Positions 56,027 through 64,000 of a stretch of DNA of 64,000 bases are shown here, piece by piece. Source of the stretch: Sminthopsis crassicaudata. Taxonomy: Eukaryota. The DNA lies in assembly GCF_048593235.1 (NCBI RefSeq), contig NC_133621.1, forward strand, positions 15,168,525 to 15,232,524, in the 5' to 3' direction. The notes beneath the pieces are model-generated. The model ran no database searches, had not been told where the DNA came from, and saw nothing but the letters and a program-made list of their open reading frames with translations. The translations under genes and the position numbers were made by a program. Positions within the stretch are counted from its first letter, which is position 1, and every line of letters starts with the position of its first letter.

Positions 56027-58439
56027 CCCCTAAATAATCTTAAAATGATGCTGATTGAATTTAGAATTTTTATAAGTCACAGAAGTTTGTTGATCTAGGT
56101 ATCCACAAAAGAGGCTATCTTAACTTCTAATTTATTTAAAGAATACAACTTCCCAGACAAGATAATAATTTTAACTAATATTTTGGAGGAGTCGGTTGAG
56201 CTCCTGGATAGTTTTTGGAAACAGATATTAGACAAACTCCTGTTTGTAAGTCACCTTCTTCAGGATTTAATGCACACAGCTTTCTAGATAACTAGCTATT
56301 CATAGATGCATCTACACACTTCCTCTGATTAGGCCACTAGGCAATATGGCAAGGTCCCTCTACTTCCCTTTCTGTTTGTTGTTTCGGCCACGAACAAATC
56401 ATTCATCTAGATTGCTTGAAGGACACTAAAATGAAACCTTGAGTTAATGTTTTCTAAAAATGAAGGCGGAAGTCTGGGGAACAAAACAAAGAACCAAGAT
56501 TTTACACACACAATCACCCACCCACACACAAATACACATACATATAATCCTTAAAAAGGGGGAAATGGAAAAATCTAAAAGGAATCTGAATTACTTGAGC
56601 TGTATAGATATTTGAATTTCAATGATCACGTTAAAGGATCACACAATGTAACTTATATGATGCAGGTTTTCCCCAACTAACAAAAAGAACTGGTCAGGAC
56701 CAACCAGATTTTATATTGTCCTAGAAACTTTGCTTTTCTTTAAATGTTGCTTCTTAAATTCCTGATTCTGTGGGCAGCTGTTGGATGGATGTTCTCTGTC
56801 AAAACATAAACTCCATACAATAAACTTTGGTGCAATTTTTAAAACCCTTGAATCTCAAGTCCCCTATCAGGAGAATTGAAAATGCTCTCTCAAGTTATTG
56901 CTTGTAGGAAGCTATCCAGATCTTAAGTGAGGAGAGCATTAAGAAAGACAATATTTGATTTTTTTTGTTGTTTGTTTAATTCCAGAGACCAGCTGGAGAA
57001 GTTAGGCTGAACTCAACAATATCTTTGGAAGGGACTTTGAGATTATTTACTAAGTCTATTGCTCCCAGAATTTAGCCAAGCACACCATCTCGGAATGAGG
57101 TCACATTATTATAAAGTTCGTGAGGCTTTAAAGGCCCTGGAAATTTTAGAGAGATAAAGAGGGAGGTTGTGAATATAGGTGGAGGATGAGATCAAATAGA
57201 AAAATACAATCCTTTTTCACTAAAGAATGAACGGCTGGTGCCATTTTGGAAATGGTTGTTTTCAAAATCATAGATTATGTAAATTGTCCATGATCAAACA
57301 GAGTGAGGGGCTGACAAAAGAAAGGCGGAAATCTCCTACTGACAAACGACTCATTTCTTCCCTAAATTCCTTTTTATGAAGTGTCAGGAAAAACAAACCT
57401 AAGGGCCCTGCAAGACTTTTAAGTTGGACATTTAAAATTGCATTATTTCCCCCAAAACTCCAGAGCCAAGGTTTTAATGGGTAGGGTTATGGGAAGTGGG
57501 AGAAAGAGGTGCTATTTTTTCCCCCTAATTTCTAACCAGATAGACCGTTTCTGTCACCTTTTCAGAGTAAAACGCACTGAAATAGTCATTCTAGAGAGAG
57601 AAAGAGAAAAAGAAAGTGAGAAAGGAAGGAGAAAAGGAAGGAAGGAGAAGAAAAGAAAGAAAGGTTCTTTTACTCTTTTCATTCAGCTCTGGAAATTCAA
57701 AGACCAGAGTGAAATCCGGCCATAAAGTTTATTGCTGAGTAATCACAGGCTGGTGAGAACAGCCCCACTGAAATAAACAGGCAGTTGAGGCCTAGTTCCC
57801 ACAGCTGGGGGTCGGGTGTGGGGGAAAGGGAAGGATAAGATCTCAAAGGCCAGAACTCTTGGCGTCTACATTTCCAGGGATGCTCTATCTATCCTCTTGT
57901 CTATACCATGATTTCCATTCTCTAAAATCCAAGTCTGCTGAGTGGCCCTGCAAGGGTGAAAAGTGCCTTTTAAATCGCCTCCTAGCCGATATTCTGGACC
58001 AGAACATTACAGAAACTGGTAAGACAGAGAAAGGATCCCTTAAATTCAGACCCTGCCAAATGACTTCAGTCTTTGAGAAGAATATTTCAATAGTCTCCAT
58101 ACACACAAACATTGCCCAGTCAAGAAATTAGTAACCAGCTGGCTTGGCAAGTCAATATTACCCTTCCTAACCCTTGATACTAGAGTAGAGTGCCCTGGCC
58201 CAGACTCCTTTCCAAGCCTGGTTCAGAACCCTCAGGATCCAGCCTGCCAGCTCCCACCCACCCACCACCACCAGGGTTCAGAGAAAATTTAGCCAAGATG
58301 CAGGACCAGGGCTTTCTGAGAGCCTGCTTTTCAGATTTTTCTCCCTCCCACCAACACACTCACATACCCACACTATACACATATGCACATTCTCACACAC
58401 ACAAAAATCATCTTTTTACAAACTGGATAGACCAGACAC

Positions 58440-58985
58440 AGAGAGCAGCGGAAGTCATTAACATCTGCGGTAGTCCAACTAATTAAAGTTAGGCCTCAGT
58501 ATTAATCTCTGCCAAAGTCACTTATTGTGGTTTACTTGGATGGGACTGGTAAAAATTTCAGAGCTTGCTGTTAGCACTTGTTTTTGGGGAAAGGAAACAA
58601 GTTTGCAGGCAGATTCATAGTCTGGCTGAATTGTTCTACTCTTTTGAATTCAGTGGCAGCCCTCAGAGTTACTGAACCAGAGAGACAGTCAGAGGAACTG
58701 AGAGAGAGTTAGTTCACTGGACAAATAAACTGTAAGGAACTCAAGAGTCAAACTTACCTTAACTTGCTAGGAGCCATTTTTCAGAGAGTTTTGAGAACTC
58801 GTGGTTTGGGCACTTCTGCCCCTAAAATTGACCACTTGAATGACCAGGTGCCACATGTAGCCTGCAAAAGAGTCCAATGAAGTCCAGCGTCAGTGAGATT
58901 ATATGTTATGTGGTATATAATGTTGGATGTCAACTCCCCAAAACCATAAAACTTACTTTAATGGCACCACGTGACTTTCTATAGC
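58440..58985. promoter_or_regulatory. Candidate HOXA5 3' mesodermal (MES-type) enhancer
   Basis: TAAT/TTAAT clusters, a Cdx-type ccataaa (about 58944) and CACGTGAC (58968-58975), 1.7-2.2 kb 3' of the HOXA5 stop. Confidence 0.4.
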
Positions 58986-59818
58986 NNNNNNNNNNNNNNN
59001 NNNNNNNNNNNNNNNNNNNNNNNNNNNNNNNNNNNNNNNNNNNNNNNNNNNNNNNNNNNNNNNNNNNNNNNNNNNNNNNNNNNNNNNNNNNNNNNNNNNN
59101 NNNNNNNNNNNNNNNNNNNNNNNNNATCAATGTAAGCACTCAGTAAATGTGCAAATCTTTAGTTGCTCTTCGAAGCTCAGAAGAGTTAACCAATCGAGCT
59201 AGGATGGGGGTAAGTAACATTACATTTGTAGCGAATTAATTGTAGCAAAAGGAATCCTATCTGTTAAGGGTGAAGTGGGGGAAGGTGGTGTTAGGATCTG
59301 ACTCTGGCGAAGAGGGTTTGGGCTTGGGATCCTGGAAATACCAGGATCTCCAGCTAGCTAGTTGAGACCACAAGAGCAGTTTAAGAATGAAGTAGAGATG
59401 TTGTGAAGCCGAGGAGGGTATTTTAACAAAGAACATGATTTCTCTCTTTCTTCTTTTTATTTTTTTTCTTTTCTTTTTCTCTTTTCTCTTTTCTTTTTTC
59501 CTTTTTTTTTTTTTTTCCCCCAAATAGCAAATATTTTGGTAAATGAAAGGCAGGCAGTGTGATGAGGGCTTCTGTCCTGCGATTTCTACCTCTCTCTCAG
59601 GAGGTAGTTAGGAGAAAGTTTCAGTGGCAGAGAGCTCACTGGCCGATACACTCTAGCTATCTCCTTTGCACCAGCGGGCCCTCACTGGCCAGGTATTCCG
59701 CTGACCCTGGGGCTCGCTGCAGACCCCGAGCCTCAGAGTCTGGGGGGGAAAGAGGCAAAGAGAAAGGACGAGCTCACCATTTGGTACAAACCAGCTCACG
59801 AGAACTTACAATAGAAAG

Positions 59819-59824
59819 TTTATT
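59819..59824 (-). terminator. Probable HOXA5 poly(A) signal
   Basis: AATAAA on the minus strand about 850 nt after the stop codon. Confidence 0.6.
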
Positions 59825-60669
59825 TTTTGTTTCCAGTCAGGGTTTTTTTTTTCTTTAAAAACAAATAATAATAATAATAATTAAAAAAAAAAGAGCTTAT
59901 CACAGTTTGCTTTAAACAGCCAGACTTGGACTATATTTGTAACTTTGTTCACAAAAACAGACACCACTGAAGCTGCGCGTATAAGAAGCCACTTTTTTTT
60001 TTAGGAGTTCGTGCAAAGAGTTGTACAAAGGCACAGCAAAACAGACACTGCTTCGAGTCACACTTGCCGTCACAGATTCACTATTCACTACACGTTGATA
60101 AGAAGTTAACTTGTATCTCATCAAGTCATCTCTACAACAGCATTAGTTAGTTACACAGGGAATATAGGTAGTTAGAATAAAAATATTTTTAACAGCTTGG
60201 AGCTATTGAGACAGGGACACTTCCACGCACATGCACAGTTAAAGAGACGGATCGAGTGCAACACACGACATTGGCACTAAACAAGGTTGGGGGGGGGGGG
60301 GAAGGAGGAGAGTCTCTCTCTCTCTCTCTTTTTTTTTTTTTGTTTTGTTCTTTTTTCTCTTTTTTACAGTTACTTCAAGTAACACAGCTCGCTTTATATA
60401 AATAAGTTAAAACATCTATTTTTTTTTTTCAAGACAAAGCCATTCAGGACAAAGAAATATACAGAAAGCAGATCTACTTATACACTTAAACAGGCGATAT
60501 AATAATGCTCATAAACAGGCTCATGATTAAAAGGTGGGTGCGGGGGGGGTGACAAGGACAGGATTTCTTCACAGAAGTAACACGAGGAAGTTTCAGAAAG
60601 TCACCTTTAGTACTGACACTAGGCGCAGGTTCCACTAATACTGCTCAGTACTTTTAAACTCTCGGATAA

Positions 60670-61293
<624 letters not shown>

Positions 61294-61990
61294 TCACTTT
61301 TACGATGCCCTAAAAGCCCCCTAATAATGGCCATTTTACGATACCAAAAGTGGCCGCCGGGTCATCCTTCCTCAAAGTTCCAGGGAAGAATGAACACCCC
61401 CGCCCCAGCCTGCCCTCTGTTCCACCGTTCACGCCCGGGCTTCTTTCTTTTTCCCCCATTTATGCCTACTCTCCGCTTCCCCCCCCAACTTCATAACCCT
61501 GCGAGCTCTTGCCCTTATTATTTTCTAAACTCCTTTTTTTGGGGGGGATATAATTAGTAACGCTGTTTCCCCAGGATAGCCCTGCTAATAAATTATCCGC
61601 CGTGTCAAGCACCTATTCACTTCCCCCATTCCCAATATCTACCTCTGTGCCCCCTCAGCTGTTTGAGTTGGGAGTGAGGAAGAAAGGTTGCGGATTTCTT
61701 TCGGCTCCCCCTTTTCCCCTCGCCTTGCCTCTTTCCCTCCTTCTTGCTTTTTCGTCTTTCTTTTACGCCTTAACTTGTCTCGTAAAGCGGCCATTTGATT
61801 TATCCCATTTCCAAGCACGGTGGAACTGAGCGAACTAGATATACACGAGAGAGACAGAGGGAGATTCAGGCGAGAAGGAGAGGGAGAGGAAAGAGAGCCA
61901 CAGACAGGAGGAGAATGGCAGAAAGAAAAGCTAGGCAGGGAGAGGGGAAGAAAGACAGGCAGTGAAGGACAGAGCTCGTGGTAATCGCGG

Positions 61991-61992
<2 letters not shown>

Positions 61993-62044
<52 letters not shown>
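61993..62044. repeat. (GA)n microsatellite near the HOXA5 intron donor
   Basis: Perfect run. Confidence 0.95.
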
Positions 62045-62051
<7 letters not shown>

Positions 62052-62070
62052 CGCCCAAGGTTAGCTTTAC

Positions 62071-62629
62071 CATGACTTATGTGCAGCTTCCTCATCCAGG
62101 GGTAAATCTGAGGCTGGGCTGGCTGGGCTGGACTTTGCTCGCTCTGGGCACTCGCCTGCTCGCTGCTCGCTGGGGTGTCATCCTCAGTCCCAGACGAGGT
62201 GCCAACCCCCTCTCTGCTTATGTGAGTGCTGCTGGAATTGGACGAAGTGCTCGTGGAGTTAGCTAGCGAGTTTTTCACCCCGTGATGACTCTCGCTGACA
62301 GGCGAAGCGGCCACGGCGGTGCAGGGCAGAGGGTCAGGTGGAGGCGAGTGAGACGACGTGGCAGGTTGGTTATACCTGGGCTCCGTGGACGCCGAGGTGG
62401 CATTGGCGGGGTAACTGCGGGCTCTCTCATTGGCACCAAAGTGGCTGGAAGCTGAGCGCCCGACGCTGAGATCCATGCCATTGTAACCATAGCCGTACCT
62501 GCTGGGATGCATGCTCGCTGAATCCCTGTATTGCTCGCTCACGGAACTGTGATCTCCATAATTATGTAACTGGTAGTCCGGGCCATTTGGATAGCGACCG
62601 CAAAATGAGTTTACAAAATAAGAGCTCAT
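62071..62629 (-). CDS. HOXA5: HOXA5 exon 1 (spliced protein 269 aa)
   Basis: Starts [21 protein letters not shown] and contains [14 protein letters not shown] donor at 62070-62069, phase 1. Confidence 0.98.
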
Positions 62630-62660
62630 TTGTTTTTTGATATGTGTGCTTGATTTGTGG

Positions 62661-62864
62661 NNNNNNNNNNNNNNNNNNNNNNNNNNNNNNNNNNNNNNNN
62701 NNNNNNNNNNNNNNNNNNNNNNNNNNNNNNNNNNNNNNNNNNNNNNNNNNNNNNNNNNNNNNNNNNNNNNNNNNNNNNNNNNNNNNNNNNNNNNNNNNNN
62801 NNNNNNNNNNNNNNNNNNNNNNNNNNNNNNNNNNNNNNNNNNNNNNNNNNNNNNNNNNNNNNNN
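62661..62864. other. Assembly gap over the HOXA5 TSS/core promoter
   Basis: N run. Confidence 1.
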
Positions 62865-62936
62865 GATGCTGGAGGCTCGGCGCGCGCGCCCCGGGCGCGT
62901 TCCCGCCACCAGCTCCCGGCTTTCAGTCGGACTCTT

Positions 62937-62950
62937 GCGCCACCCTCTGG
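62937..62950 (-). promoter_or_regulatory. CTCF-like motif upstream of HOXA5 (candidate A5|A6 boundary site)
   Basis: Minus strand CCAGAGGGTGGCGC matches CCASYAGRKGGCRS at 12 of 14 positions. Confidence 0.5.
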
Positions 62951-64000
62951 AGACAAGCTAGATCTTCACCCTGCCGACCAGGGGCTGCAGGGCTGGGGTC
63001 GAATTGAGGTTACAGCCCATTATAGCAAAATTATTGCATTTCCCTCGCCGTTCCATTAGTATGTACCAATTGTGAGGGCTATCAGCTGCAGATCACCAAA
63101 CTAACGATAATGCAAAAGACTGGGGAAAATTGTTTACTTTGATTATTTCGCATCCACTTGTTTTTCTTTTTCCTTTCTTCCCCTCTAATTGTTGGTGTGG
63201 GTTGCCTTTTTTGTTTTTCTAGTTCGGGTTTTTTTCTTTTTCTTTTTGGTCCCGCTGTCAGGTCAGAATTCTGCAAAACACCCAAATCACCTTATTTCTT
63301 TAGGGTGATGTACACTGACCCAATTGGAGAAATAAATCTCTCCTCCCCCCCTTCAGCAGCTGCAATCACAGCCCTCTTTTCTGCAGGCGCATAAGGGACT
63401 CTACCCTGCCGATTTTAAATGACAAACATCTAGCAAAGATAGCTTTTGTGTTGTAGTTTTCCAAGGCGAGGTCAAATTCCGTACAATCTTATGGTCCCCG
63501 CCGAATTATTTTTTTCCCCACAAATAAATATGATTTTCATAGATAGCTATTCCAATCGCTTTAGAGACAGAGCTCGGAGAAAATCTTCGTATTCCAGATG
63601 CCCGATCCGGCCAGCCCTGAAAGCAAGGGGATTTCTGGCTGCATATCTCTGTGCCCAGGCTTGGTTCCCCGAAAATGCAGAGGCTGTGCTGGGGCGATGC
63701 AGAGATAGCTTGATAGACCTGCTTTGGGAGTCCTGCTCTGATGAGAAAAAATTCAAGAAGAGCCAGAATAGAAGCATTTCAGGGCAGCTCGGGCTGTCGC
63801 CTTTATTTTCCTGGGCTTCGAATTTCGAAAGTAAATGACAAAGGTAGCAGAGAGATAAGAAACAGTCTGGACCGAGCCCATGAGCCACTTGGAAATGCGG
63901 AAAGCTCAGGCCAATGTACCACCTAATTAAAAAAAAAAAATGCCCCCTTCTTACTGACATTAAAGAGAGGGAGGGAGAAGCAACAACAACCCGATCTTCT

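Overview
This window is vertebrate genomic DNA containing the anterior half of a HOXA cluster. HOXA1, HOXA2, HOXA3, HOXA4 and HOXA5 all lie on the minus strand, each with two coding exons whose GT-AG junctions and phases I traced base by base. The host is a mammal, probably a marsupial; this is inferred from a recognisable HOTAIRM1, MIR/CR1-type repeats and protein divergence from human. The assembly is a draft with 11 N-gaps, three of which fall on the HOXA2, HOXA4 and HOXA5 promoter/start regions. Interspersed repeats are confined to the first ~900 bp, outside the cluster. Recognisable regulatory elements include four DR5 RAREs, Krox20/BoxA, Pbx-Hox/Meis, kreisler/MafB, HB1 and CTCF-like sites, the HOTAIRM1 lncRNA, uORFs, miRNA seed sites and poly(A) signals. 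The main oddities are: a 1-nt frameshift in HOXA2 exon 1 (probably an assembly error); an apparent 18-nt in-frame deletion in the HOXA2 exonic enhancer region; a collapsed HOXA1 poly-His tract; a 4 x 26-bp minisatellite of kappaB-consensus sites just upstream of the HOXA3 coding exon; and a C>T change in the HOXA3 kreisler site. Comparisons with human and mouse sequences are from memory and need confirming by alignment. Most ORFs in the supplied track are spurious.
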